Positions 44,672 to 54,561 are shown, numbered from the stretch's first letter. The stretch: DNA of 64,000 nt from an uncultured Clostridia bacterium (GCA_947303805.1 CAMYZE010000006.1:11216-75215), one strand, 5' to 3'. The notes: generated by a model from the letters alone, not told the origin. A program made the numbers and translations.

Positions 44672-46342
44672 ATGAACATTAAAGAAGCTAAAAACCAAAT
44701 TAAGAACTCTATGATTGCTTATTTTAGTAAGGATGAATTTGGTAATTATATAATTCCTATAGAGAAGCAGAGACCAATATTTATGATAGGTGCCCCTGGA
44801 ATCGGAAAGACTGCTATTATGAAGCAGATTGCAGAAGAACTTGGAGTGGGCCTAGTGTCTTATTCGATGACACACCACACGAGACAGAGTGCACTCGGAC
44901 TTCCTATCATCAAGAAAAAAACTTATGATGGAGTAGAATATGATATATCAAGATATTCCATGAGCGAGATAATAGCATCTACCTATGATATGATGGAGGA
45001 TACTGGCATAAGAGAGGGGATACTTTTCCTCGATGAGATAAATTGTGTGTCAGAGACTTTAGCTCCTTCTATGCTACAGTTTTTGCAATATAAGGTATTT
45101 GGGCAACATAAATTACCGGATGGATGGATAGTAGTTACTGCAGGAAATCCGCCCGAATACAATAAGTCAGTAAGAGAGTATGACATAGTTACTCTTGACA
45201 GACTAAAAGTCATAAATGTAGAACCAAATTTTGATGTGTGGAAAGAATATGCTCTAAATTACAATGTTCATGGAAGCATACTTAGTTTTCTTGAGATAAA
45301 AAAAGAGTTTTTCTACATTGTTGAGACAACTGCCGAAGGAAAAAACTATGTGACTGCTCGTGGATGGGAAGACCTTTCTAAGATGATTTATCTCTATGAA
45401 AAAAATAATATAAAAGTAGATGAGACCTTAATAAGCCAATATATACACCATAAGTCAGTTGCCAAAGAATTTGCTGTGTATTATGATCTTTATAATAAAT
45501 ATAAATCAGACTATCAAATAGCAAATATTGTAAATGGCAATGCTACTGAAGACATAAAAAATAGAGCACGACTTGCTAAATTTGATGAGAGAATATCATT
45601 GCTTGGGCTTTTGATAGATAATATTAGTAGCAATATGTCTACCTTAGTTGATGACGAGGCATGTATTTTAGAATATCTTGATGTTCTAAAGTATATAAAG
45701 GCTGAGATAACAGGTGACTTTACTAAAATTAAGGAAGAAGAAAAGAAAGAACAAAAAATTGAAAATAGTGTAGCTGATGAGAAGGACTTACTGGCATCAG
45801 GCATAGAAGTTGGCAAGAACAATTCACAGTTAAAAATAAGAGTAAAAAAAGATCCAAAACTTAAAGAAGATAAGTATAAAAAACTCCACTATATGGATTC
45901 TTTAAACAAACATATACTTGAAGAAAAACAGAAACTGAATATTTATCTTACTAGTGGTACTCTCACACCAACTGATTCTAAAAAGTTTAATTATGTTATT
46001 AAAACGCTTATGTATTTACTTGAAGAGTTCAAAGTAGAAGGAATAGAAAATAGTGATACCTCATTTGAACTTATAAGAAGAGATTATGAGCAAAGGATTG
46101 CTGCCCACACTAAAAAAGTAGAGATCACTAAGAATAATGTTGAAAATGTGTTTAAATTTGTGGAAGAAGTATTTGGAGATGGACAGGAGATGGTCATACT
46201 TGTAGCAGAACTCACTACAAGATACGCGACTGCTAAATTCATAAGTACTTTTGGATCAGATGCATATTTTAAACATAATAAAGAAGTGCTATTTTATGAG
46301 AGAAAGCAAGAATTACTTGCTAAAATTGATGAGTTGAGCTGA
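44672..46342 (+). CDS. MoxR/AAA_5-like AAA+ ATPase with about 300-aa helical C-terminal extension
   Basis: Walker A GAPGIGKT, Walker B ILFLDEIN and sensor VVTAGNPPEY are present. Its start abuts the VWA gene stop. Confidence 0.75.
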   Translation: MNIKEAKNQIKNSMIAYFSKDEFGNYIIPIEKQRPIFMIGAPGIGKTAIMKQIAEELGVGLVSYSMTHHTRQSALGLPIIKKKTYDGVEYDISRYSMSEIIASTYDMMEDTGIREGILFLDEINCVSETLAPSMLQFLQYKVFGQHKLPDGWIVVTAGNPPEYNKSVREYDIVTLDRLKVINVEPNFDVWKEYALNYNVHGSILSFLEIKKEFFYIVETTAEGKNYVTARGWEDLSKMIYLYEKNNIKVDETLISQYIHHKSVAKEFAVYYDLYNKYKSDYQIANIVNGNATEDIKNRARLAKFDERISLLGLLIDNISSNMSTLVDDEACILEYLDVLKYIKAEITGDFTKIKEEEKKEQKIENSVADEKDLLASGIEVGKNNSQLKIRVKKDPKLKEDKYKKLHYMDSLNKHILEEKQKLNIYLTSGTLTPTDSKKFNYVIKTLMYLLEEFKVEGIENSDTSFELIRRDYEQRIAAHTKKVEITKNNVENVFKFVEEVFGDGQEMVILVAELTTRYATAKFISTFGSDAYFKHNKEVLFYERKQELLAKIDELS

Positions 46343-46438
46343 GATATTTAATGCTTAAAACAGCTATATGCAAGAATAATATTTTTTATGCATTGCAACT
46401 TGAAAAAAGATAAAATATGTTGTATTATTTATTGAATT

Positions 46439-47170
46439 ATGAAAATTGAGAAAATAGATGAAAATTCAATCGCTCTCATAATTAATAATGAGGAGCTTAA
46501 AAATAGAAACCTAAAAATGAGCGACTTATCATATGGCTCAGATAAGGCTAAGGACTTACTTATAGAGATGATGAATCTTGCAAAGATTGAAGTGGGTTTT
46601 ACTCCTGATGCACCTCTTGCCGTTGAAGCCGTACCGCTTAAAGATGGCGATATAAAACTTATAGTTACGAAGGTTTATAACCCTGATGAACTTGATGCAA
46701 GATATTCAAGGTTTACGCCTATGAAAAATGAGAAGTTGCCATTTTCTATCATGCAGATGCTTGAGAGCACTATAGATAAGTTTGAAGAGGCACTAAAGCA
46801 GGGCAACACAAAGGGAATCAATGAAGTTAATAATGTTGAAACTCTTGAGATAAGAAAAGAGACTGATCAAATAGCTATCTTTGAGTTTGACGAGATAGAT
46901 AAGGCTAGTGATGCTTGTAGAAATGTAAATAGTTTTGATTATGTGAGTGTATTGTATAAAGATGAAAAGAATAAAAAGTTTTATCTTGTGTTAAGCATTT
47001 CTGGAAATGTTTCAAAAAATATAATTGATGATTTCAATAAGGTTTGTAATTCTCTTGCTGAATATGGCATAAGAATAAGAGGCAAAGTTGGAATGAATCA
47101 GGCGTATTACGAGGAACATTATAAGATAATTATAAAAGAAGATGCTGTAAGCAAATTGAGTAGACTATAA
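46439..47170 (+). CDS. mecA: Adaptor protein MecA
   Basis: It begins MKIEKIDENSIALIINNEELKNRNL...; the MecA-like N- and C-domains and the 243-aa size fit. Confidence 0.7.
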   Translation: MKIEKIDENSIALIINNEELKNRNLKMSDLSYGSDKAKDLLIEMMNLAKIEVGFTPDAPLAVEAVPLKDGDIKLIVTKVYNPDELDARYSRFTPMKNEKLPFSIMQMLESTIDKFEEALKQGNTKGINEVNNVETLEIRKETDQIAIFEFDEIDKASDACRNVNSFDYVSVLYKDEKNKKFYLVLSISGNVSKNIIDDFNKVCNSLAEYGIRIRGKVGMNQAYYEEHYKIIIKEDAVSKLSRL

Positions 47171-47183
47171 AGGAGGTCATGAC

Positions 47184-47384
47184 ATGGTAGTAACAAAAGA
47201 TATGTTGATGGGAGATATTTTACAAACTGAAAAAGCAGAGACTATTGCAGATATACTTCAAGCAGAAGGAATGCATTGTGTAGGATGTCCATCTTCACTT
47301 ATGGAGTCACTTGAAGACGCATGTATGGTTCATGGGATTGATGTTGAACCAATTTTGGCGAAGATTAATGCCGCTATAGCATAG
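47184..47384 (+). CDS. DUF1858-type small redox-disulfide protein (hybrid-cluster-protein-associated family)
   Basis: 66 aa with GMHCVGCPSS and a TLE-like acidic segment typical of DUF1858. Confidence 0.6.
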   Translation: MVVTKDMLMGDILQTEKAETIADILQAEGMHCVGCPSSLMESLEDACMVHGIDVEPILAKINAAIA

Positions 47385-47431
47385 TTTTACTAATTTATTT
47401 ATTAATAATTCTATTTAAGGAGGATAATGAC

Positions 47432-47602
47432 ATGGCACACAAAGTATCAGATGAATGTATCAAGTGTGGAGCTTGTGCAAGTGCATGCCCAACTGGTTGC
47501 ATAAAAGAGGGAGAGACTAAGTATGAAGTTAATGCTAGTGAATGTGTAGACTGTGGAGCATGTGAGGGAGCTTGCCCTACAGGAGCAATTAAAGCAGAAT
47601 AA
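47432..47602 (+). CDS. 2x[4Fe-4S] ferredoxin (56 aa)
   Basis: My own translation is MAHKVSDECIKCGACASACPTGCIKEGETKYEVNASECVDCGACEGACPTGAIKAE. A GGAGG RBS precedes it. The track only shows an antisense shadow ORF here. Confidence 0.85.
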   Translation: MAHKVSDECIKCGACASACPTGCIKEGETKYEVNASECVDCGACEGACPTGAIKAE

Positions 47603-47609
47603 TTCTTAG

Positions 47610-47634
47610 AAGCCTTGAAATTCAAGGCTTTTTT
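47610..47634 (+). terminator. Rho-independent terminator
   Basis: AAGCCTTG-aaatt-CAAGGCTT followed by TTTT. Confidence 0.8.
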
Positions 47635-47694
47635 GTTATAAAATAGCGCTAATTTCTTTACATAGCGCTATTTTTTTGATAAAATAATAAGGTT

Positions 47695-48378
47695 ATGAAG
47701 AAATCATTGCGTAACGAAATTTTTGAATGGATCGGCATAATAGCCGTTGCTTTTGTCGTGGCATTTTTTATTAACAATGTCATTATTACTAATTCATTTA
47801 TACCTACACCATCAATGGAGTCCAATCTTCCAGTTGGAAGTAGACTTTTTGGATTTAGATTAAATTATTTATTTACCAGTCCTAAGAGAGGCGATGTAGT
47901 GATATTTGACTATGGTTTTGATTGTAAGAAATGTCACAAGATGTATCAAAAGAATGATGATAATAAATGTCCATTCTGCAATACTGAATCTAAAGGCTCA
48001 AAAAAAGTACATTTTATTAAACGAGTTATAGGGTTGCCAGGTGAACATATTGAGATAAAGGCAGATTACACAGCTGAGCAGGAATTATTTAGAACAACTA
48101 AGTTTTCGAATCCTAATACTAAAGCTACATGCGGACATGTATATATAGATGGCGAAAAATTTGAAGAAGATTATCTCAATGAACCTATGATAGTTAATAG
48201 CTTTTTTAGGTCAGTAGATGTAGTTGTGCCAGAAGATTGTTATTTTTTACTTGGAGACAACAGAAATAATTCTGAAGATGCAAGATTTTGGCCAAATAAG
48301 TTTATAAATAAAAAAGATATAGAGGCTAAAGCATATATAATTTATTGGCCGCTTAATCGTATAGGACTGATAAAGTAG
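47695..48378 (+). CDS. lepB: Signal peptidase I with a Cys4 insertion
   Basis: It has an N-terminal TM helix, the catalytic PTPSMES, GDVVIF, IKRVIGLPGE and GDNRNNSED boxes. A CKKC...CPFC insert sits between boxes C and D. Confidence 0.8.
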   Translation: MKKSLRNEIFEWIGIIAVAFVVAFFINNVIITNSFIPTPSMESNLPVGSRLFGFRLNYLFTSPKRGDVVIFDYGFDCKKCHKMYQKNDDNKCPFCNTESKGSKKVHFIKRVIGLPGEHIEIKADYTAEQELFRTTKFSNPNTKATCGHVYIDGEKFEEDYLNEPMIVNSFFRSVDVVVPEDCYFLLGDNRNNSEDARFWPNKFINKKDIEAKAYIIYWPLNRIGLIK

Positions 48379-48387
48379 GAGGAAAAC

Positions 48388-49776
48388 ATGGCGAGAAAGA
48401 GTGAGTATGCAAATGAATATGTACATATTTTGAAGACTGATAAAAATTGCTTTAAAGCTGCTCTTAATTTTTGTGAGGGATATAAAGATTTTATGGATTC
48501 ATCAAAAACTGAGAGAGAATGTGTTAAAACCATTATAGAGTTGGTAGAGAGTAAAGGCTATAAGGCATTTAATAAAAATGCTAAATCTCTTAAAGCTGGG
48601 ACGAAACTTTATGTTAATAATAGAGGTAAGTCCATTGTTCTTATCACTATAGGAAAAGAGAGTTTAGACAAGGGAGTTAATTTTGTTATCTCTCACATAG
48701 ATTCACCAAGACTAGATTTAAAGCCAAACCCAGTTTATGAAAGTGATGAGATTGCTTACTTTAAAACTCACTACTATGGGGGCATAAAGAAATATCAATG
48801 GCCTACAGTTCCACTTTCTATGCATGGACGAATATTCAGAGAAGACGGAAGTTTTGTGGATATATCAATAGGAGAGAAAGACGATGAGCCTAAGTTTATA
48901 ATTACCGACTTGCTTCCTCATCTTGCAGCAGAACAAGAGAAAAGGACTCTTAGAGAGGGCGTAAAGGGAGAAGAATTAAATATAGTTATCGGAAGTATTC
49001 CTATGATTGATCTTGATGAAGAGATAAAAGATGCAGTGAAGGAGAATACTTTAAAGATACTTTATGATTCGTTTAAGATTAAAGAAAAAGATTTTGCGAG
49101 AGCCGAGATAGAGTTTGTGCCAGCCAACAAAGCTACTGACATAGGATTCGACAAATCTATGATAGCAGCTTATGGTCAAGATGACAAAGTTTGCGCTTAT
49201 CCAGCATTAATTGCAGAGTTGGAAAATGAAAATCCAAATAAGACAAGTGTAGCAGTATTTACAGATAAAGAAGAAATAGGTAGCGAAGGAAACACTGGCA
49301 TGGTATCGGATTATCTATTTTCTATTATGGAAGACTTAGCAGATATCGTTGGCATCAAGGTTAGAGATTGTTATAGAAACTCTCTATGTTTATCAAGTGA
49401 TGTGAATTCAGCTTATGATCCTACATTTGCAGATGTCTTTGAAAAGAAAAATGCATCTTATATCAATCGAGGTGTGGTGCTTACAAAATACACTGGACAT
49501 GCAGGCAAGTCAGGTTCAAACGACGCATCAGCTGAAACAATGGCAAAGGTTATAAAATTAATGGATGACAGAAATGTAGTCTGGCAGATAGGGGAACTAG
49601 GCAAGGTTGACATAGGTGGTGGTGGGACTATCGCAAAATATGTAAGTCAGAGAAATATAGATACTATAGATGTAGGTGTTGCAGTTTTATCCATGCATTC
49701 ACCTTATGAACTAACATCAAAACTTGATATATATCATACATATCTTGCATATAAAGCATTTTTATTAAACGATTAG
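48388..49776 (+). CDS. M18-family aminopeptidase
   Basis: It carries the motifs SHIDSPRLDLKP, DDKVCAY, DKEEIGSEG and LSMHSPYE. Confidence 0.8.
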   Translation: MARKSEYANEYVHILKTDKNCFKAALNFCEGYKDFMDSSKTERECVKTIIELVESKGYKAFNKNAKSLKAGTKLYVNNRGKSIVLITIGKESLDKGVNFVISHIDSPRLDLKPNPVYESDEIAYFKTHYYGGIKKYQWPTVPLSMHGRIFREDGSFVDISIGEKDDEPKFIITDLLPHLAAEQEKRTLREGVKGEELNIVIGSIPMIDLDEEIKDAVKENTLKILYDSFKIKEKDFARAEIEFVPANKATDIGFDKSMIAAYGQDDKVCAYPALIAELENENPNKTSVAVFTDKEEIGSEGNTGMVSDYLFSIMEDLADIVGIKVRDCYRNSLCLSSDVNSAYDPTFADVFEKKNASYINRGVVLTKYTGHAGKSGSNDASAETMAKVIKLMDDRNVVWQIGELGKVDIGGGGTIAKYVSQRNIDTIDVGVAVLSMHSPYELTSKLDIYHTYLAYKAFLLND

Positions 49777-49787
49777 GAGATAAAACT

Positions 49788-50990
49788 ATGAATAAAAAAT
49801 TATTAGCAAAACTTTGTGTCATTTTAAATATTGCATTACTTGCATGTCAGGCACAAAAATCAAATGGTACTATGCAACTAAATGGAGTTGACTATCCGGA
49901 AATTTTTGTTAAGTCTGGATATTATTTTGACAAAGCATCAATGTCAGATGTACAACTTGCAAGCATGCTTGACAAAGTAACCACTGTCGAAAAACCAAGT
50001 AACCTTGGTACAGTTGTTTTACCAAATTGGTCAGAGATTACATTGACAAATAATAAAAAAGAAGAAATAGATAGCGCCATGATAGAAGCTGAACTTGAGA
50101 AGGAGAGAGATACCGAGACTACATATACTCCAGTCAAAGTAAGACGTGAAGCCAAAATGAGCGACAAAGTTATTATTGATTTTGATGGCTACGTAAATGG
50201 TGAAAAATTAGAAGGTGGTTCAGGCGAAGATTTTGAACTTGTTTTAGGTTCTGGCCAATTTATTCCTGGTTTTGAAGAAAAGGTATCAGGACACACAGCT
50301 GGTAGAAAATTTAGTTTTGATATTACTTTTCCAGAAAATTATGATCCATCGCTTGCTGGAAAAGATGCGAAGTTTGAAGTTACAATTAAGTCTATAGAAG
50401 AAGCAGTAACTCCCGAGATTGATGAAGAGTTTGTAAAAAAGCATACTAAAGAAAATGCTACTACAGTTGAAGAGTATAGAGAAGAAGTTAAGAGAAGAAT
50501 TGAGGCAAGAAATGAGTTTTTGAATAATCAGAATCTTATTTACCAATTGACTGATTATTTATTTGAGGATTCTAAGTTTGATCCAACTGAAGAAGCACTT
50601 GCATGGCAGTTTTCTGTAATGATGGATGAGTATAATAGGCAAGCTGAACAATCTGGCACTACATTTTCTAGTACCGTTTCGTCAAATGGAATGACAATAA
50701 AGGATGCTTATGAAGAAATAAAGAGCGCTGTTCCCCAAGCAGTGCAATCATCAATGCTTATGGATGAATTGTTGAAACAATTTCCAAGTGATGTATCAAA
50801 AGACGATGTTAAGAATTGGTTTAATAATTTAGCAAACTCTATGGGTTATGGTAATGAAATAAGCTATGAAGATTATGAAAAGTTTATGGGATATGATAAT
50901 TTAAAAGTAGCTGTTCAACAAGATAGAGCATTACTTAAGGCAGTTGGGAAATGTAATATTGTTGAATATGAGGAAGAAGTAGATAAATAG
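49788..50990 (+). CDS. Trigger-factor-like FKBP-type PPIase lipoprotein (lacks the ribosome-binding N-domain)
   Basis: It has a signal peptide with ALLAC, a trigger-factor PPIase core (IDFDGYVNGEKLEGGSGEDFELVLGSGQFIPGFEEKVSGH...FPENY...LAGKDAKFEV) and a trigger-factor C-domain-like tail. Confidence 0.65.
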   Translation: MNKKLLAKLCVILNIALLACQAQKSNGTMQLNGVDYPEIFVKSGYYFDKASMSDVQLASMLDKVTTVEKPSNLGTVVLPNWSEITLTNNKKEEIDSAMIEAELEKERDTETTYTPVKVRREAKMSDKVIIDFDGYVNGEKLEGGSGEDFELVLGSGQFIPGFEEKVSGHTAGRKFSFDITFPENYDPSLAGKDAKFEVTIKSIEEAVTPEIDEEFVKKHTKENATTVEEYREEVKRRIEARNEFLNNQNLIYQLTDYLFEDSKFDPTEEALAWQFSVMMDEYNRQAEQSGTTFSSTVSSNGMTIKDAYEEIKSAVPQAVQSSMLMDELLKQFPSDVSKDDVKNWFNNLANSMGYGNEISYEDYEKFMGYDNLKVAVQQDRALLKAVGKCNIVEYEEEVDK

Positions 50991-50991
50991 T

Positions 50992-52290
50992 ATGAAAGCT
51001 TTAATAAAGAATGGAATGGTGATAGATCCAGTTAATTCCATCAAAGAAAAGTGCGACATCTTAATAGAGAATAATATAGTTAAGTCAGTAAAGAAAAAAA
51101 TTGATGAGGACGCAAACTATGTTATAGATGCAAAAGGTATGATAGTTTCTCCGGGATTTGTTGACTTGCATGCGAATTTTTGTGACCCAGGAGCGACTGA
51201 CAGAGAGGACTTAAAAACTGGTTCACTTAGTGCTGTTAAAGGTGGCTACACACATGTTATACTAGGTGTAGACAATAAACCAGCGCCATCAGAATGTAAT
51301 GTGATTGATTATATAATTAGATATGCAAGTATCATGCCTACAAATATATATGCTTCTGCGGCAATTTCAGAAGATAGATTAGGATTTGAGGCTGCTGACA
51401 TAAATTTCTTGTATAGCCACGGTGCATTTGCATTTTATGATGGGTTAAGAGCTATAGAGGATAAAAATCTTCTTGCTAAAGTAATGGGGCTAGTGAAAGC
51501 TAAAGGAAAGGTGCTTTCTCTATTTAGTGGAACTTCGGATGATAAATATACTAGAGGAATAATAGATGGAGCAGTTGCAAAAAAGCTTAAGATCAAAAAT
51601 CCTACTCCGCTTGATGCAGAAGCAAATGATTTAAAAGACAATCTTGCACTCGCAAAGCTTACAGGAGTTAAACTTGATTTGGCATATATAACATCTGCTG
51701 AGTCTATAGAATTAGTTGAAGAAGCAAAGAAAGATAAACAAGAAGTATATGCAGAGGTACCAGCTTTAAACTTAATTCTCACTGATAAGGCACTCGATAA
51801 ATATGGCACAAATGCTAAAGTAGTACCAGCGCTTAGATCTGAATCTGATAGAGTGAGTTTGTGTAAAGCACTAAAAAAAGGTACATTAGATGTAATATCA
51901 AGTAACCATGTGCCGATAGAGAAGAAAGATAAAAACGAAAAAATGAAAGACGCACCATCTGGTGCTATAGGTCTTGAGACAGTACTTGGTATCTGTGGGT
52001 TAAGACTTGTAGATGATGGTTATCTTAATTGGAAAGAAGTTATTGAAAAGATAAGTGCAAATCCAGCAAAGATATTTGGACTTGATAAAGAAGGTGCTGG
52101 AAGTATTACAGAGGGAAAGAAAGCAAATATCACTATCTTTAACCCAAATGAAAAATGGAAATTAGAGGAAGAATCAATAGTTTCTAAATCTCATAATTCA
52201 CCACTTATTGGTGTAGAACTCATTGGAAAAGTTAAATATACTATTTGCAATGGAAGATTAGTATATAGAGAAGTTGAACTTAAAAAGTAA
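50992..52290 (+). CDS. Dihydroorotase-like amidohydrolase with degenerate metal-binding motifs
   Basis: The overall pattern is DHOase-like (SPGFVDLH..., PALR, GLET), but it has DLHAN in place of DxHxH and SSNHVP in place of TDHAPH. Confidence 0.65.
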   Translation: MKALIKNGMVIDPVNSIKEKCDILIENNIVKSVKKKIDEDANYVIDAKGMIVSPGFVDLHANFCDPGATDREDLKTGSLSAVKGGYTHVILGVDNKPAPSECNVIDYIIRYASIMPTNIYASAAISEDRLGFEAADINFLYSHGAFAFYDGLRAIEDKNLLAKVMGLVKAKGKVLSLFSGTSDDKYTRGIIDGAVAKKLKIKNPTPLDAEANDLKDNLALAKLTGVKLDLAYITSAESIELVEEAKKDKQEVYAEVPALNLILTDKALDKYGTNAKVVPALRSESDRVSLCKALKKGTLDVISSNHVPIEKKDKNEKMKDAPSGAIGLETVLGICGLRLVDDGYLNWKEVIEKISANPAKIFGLDKEGAGSITEGKKANITIFNPNEKWKLEEESIVSKSHNSPLIGVELIGKVKYTICNGRLVYREVELKK

Positions 52291-53975
52291 TGAATAAAAA
52301 ATCATTTATAACAAAAATAGTTTGGTTATTTGTAATTCTGTTCATTGTTTTTGCAAGCTTTAAAGCATATCAAAGGTATTCATTTACTAAAGAAAGAGCA
52401 GATTTATCTACATATCTCGGTGTGACAGGAGATGATGTCGCAGTATATTTGAATGATACATTGCAAAATCACTTTGACACCGATATTAAGCATAAAGGTA
52501 TCAAAAGTAATGGGACAGTATATCTTCCATTATCATTCGTGAAGGCATTTATCAACAATAGATTTTATTTCGCAAAGGATATAAATAAGATACTCTATTG
52601 TTTGCCAGATGAGATAAAAGTTTCTGGCGATACGGATATACACCAGATTGGAAATGCACCACATGTAATATTTAAGGATGAACCATATTTACTTATAGAT
52701 TATGTGAAAGATTATACCAATATGAGGTATGACGCATATCTTGATGAGGAAAATAAAAGAGTATATATTTACACTGATTGGGATAAGGAAACTATAGCTT
52801 ATCTAAAAGGAAGAGAATCGGCAAGGCTCCAAGGTGGTAATAAGAGTCCAATAATTACGGATTTAAAAAAAGGTGAAGAGGTCAAGATTCTTGATAAAAT
52901 GACAAAATGGATAAAGGTCAAGACTGCGAATGGATATATTGGATATATTAGAAAAAACAAAGTCAACAAAGAAACTGAAAAAATACCGGTAAGTAGTTAT
53001 GTTGAAATAGTTAGAAAAGGGAAGAAGATGGCACAGAAACCATGTATTGGTTTCCACCAAGTTCTTTCAAATTATTCTTCAAGCAAGCTACCAGAACTTT
53101 TAAAAAATGCAAAAGATATGAACGTTATAGCACCTACTTGGTTTGTCATAAAAAATAATGAGGGTGATATTAGGTCAGTTGCTAATGATGCTTATTCACA
53201 GTACTGCCACGCAAAAAAATTGTCCGTATGGGCGACAGTTAATAATTTTGACTTAGATGATGTGGATGAAAAGGCATTGTTTTCAAATACTTTGACTAGA
53301 AGGAAAATGATAGACAAGATTTTAAGAGAAGTAGCAGTTAACAATCTTGATGGGATAAATCTTGATATAGAACAAGTTTCGCCAGATGCTGGAGAAGACT
53401 ACACGGAGTTTGTAAGAGAATTATCTATAGAGCTTACTAAAATTGGCTGTATCTTAAGCATTGACACCTATGTGCCATATAATTTTAATAGGCAGTATAA
53501 TTTAAAAGAATATAATGATTTCTGTGATTATGTAATTATTATGTGCTATGATGAACATTATTCAGGAAGCAAAGAAGCTGGTTCAGTCTCTTCAATAAAT
53601 TATGTAAGGGATGGAATTAATCTTTCACTTGTCAATGTAGATAAAGATAAACTAATAATTGCATTACCATTTTATACAAGAATATGGACTACGACAACTG
53701 ATGGCAAAGTTTCATCTATTGCAGGTGCATCTCAAGCTCTAGAGAATGCAGCAATTGCTCAAGGATTAAAGTTTACTTTTGATGAGGCTACTTGTCAAAA
53801 CTACGGAACAAAGACAACACAAGAGGGAAGTCTTGTAGAGTGCTGGATGGAAGATGATTTAAGTCTAGCATATAAGGTTCACGAGATTAAAAAGATGGAT
53901 TTGGCAGGCACAGCTGCTTGGAAACTTACTCAAGAAAGAGAAAACTTTTTCAAAATTATAAATATAAACGATTAA
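52290..53975 (+). CDS. Membrane-anchored GH18 (chitinase/YdhD-like peptidoglycan hydrolase) with SH3-like domain
   Basis: It has an N-terminal TM helix, an SH3b-like segment (GEEVKILDKMTKWIKVKTANGYIGYI) and the GH18 catalytic motif LDGINLDIE. Confidence 0.7.
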   Translation: MNKKSFITKIVWLFVILFIVFASFKAYQRYSFTKERADLSTYLGVTGDDVAVYLNDTLQNHFDTDIKHKGIKSNGTVYLPLSFVKAFINNRFYFAKDINKILYCLPDEIKVSGDTDIHQIGNAPHVIFKDEPYLLIDYVKDYTNMRYDAYLDEENKRVYIYTDWDKETIAYLKGRESARLQGGNKSPIITDLKKGEEVKILDKMTKWIKVKTANGYIGYIRKNKVNKETEKIPVSSYVEIVRKGKKMAQKPCIGFHQVLSNYSSSKLPELLKNAKDMNVIAPTWFVIKNNEGDIRSVANDAYSQYCHAKKLSVWATVNNFDLDDVDEKALFSNTLTRRKMIDKILREVAVNNLDGINLDIEQVSPDAGEDYTEFVRELSIELTKIGCILSIDTYVPYNFNRQYNLKEYNDFCDYVIIMCYDEHYSGSKEAGSVSSINYVRDGINLSLVNVDKDKLIIALPFYTRIWTTTTDGKVSSIAGASQALENAAIAQGLKFTFDEATCQNYGTKTTQEGSLVECWMEDDLSLAYKVHEIKKMDLAGTAAWKLTQERENFFKIININD

Positions 53976-53979
53976 TATT

Positions 53980-54561
53980 ATGAATTTAGATTTAGTAATT
54001 AATACCTTAAATGAAGAGGGAAAGGTGCTTGCAATTAAAACTGACACAGTCTATGGTTTGATTTGCAATGCATTTGATAAAAAAGCTACCAACAAGATTT
54101 ATGAGATTAAAAGGAGAGAAAGCAAAAAGGCACTTTCAATCTTTGTTAAAAGCATAGACGATGTCAAAAAATATGTGCATCCGGATAATTTGACAAGCCA
54201 AGTAAAACGAATAATGCAAAAATATTGGCCAGGTGCACTTACACTTGTTTTTAAGAAAAAAGACGACATGCTTAATCACATCACGGAAAATACTAACAGT
54301 ATAGGTATAAGAATACCTGATGATAAAGATTTACTTAATATATTAGATAATATTAATTTCCCTTTGGCAGAAACTTCTTGTAATATATCTGGCGAAAAAG
54401 AATATAATAATGCTAAAGAGATTAGCGATAAAATGGGTGACATGATAGACTTAATAGTGGATGGCGGAGAAGTTATAAATAATACACCATCAACTGTATT
54501 ATCCGTAGAATGTAATGAACCAATAATTTTGAGAGTTGGAGCACTTAAGATAGATGTCTAA
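53980..54561 (+). CDS. tsaC: L-threonylcarbamoyladenylate synthase (YrdC/TsaC-like)
   Basis: It has the KTDTVYGL, IYEIKRR and PGALTLV motifs of the Sua5/YciO/YrdC domain. Confidence 0.75.
   Translation: MNLDLVINTLNEEGKVLAIKTDTVYGLICNAFDKKATNKIYEIKRRESKKALSIFVKSIDDVKKYVHPDNLTSQVKRIMQKYWPGALTLVFKKKDDMLNHITENTNSIGIRIPDDKDLLNILDNINFPLAETSCNISGEKEYNNAKEISDKMGDMIDLIVDGGEVINNTPSTVLSVECNEPIILRVGALKIDV

Noticed and set aside
40151-46342. Prophage or mobile element.
   Set aside because: No integrase, transposase, recombinase, terminal inverted repeats or phage structural or replication genes are recognisable. Only the repeat-rich left junction hints at past insertion.
47395-47625. 76-aa minus-strand ORF.
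   Set aside because: It is antisense to a plus-strand 56-aa 2x[4Fe-4S] ferredoxin that has an RBS and a terminator.
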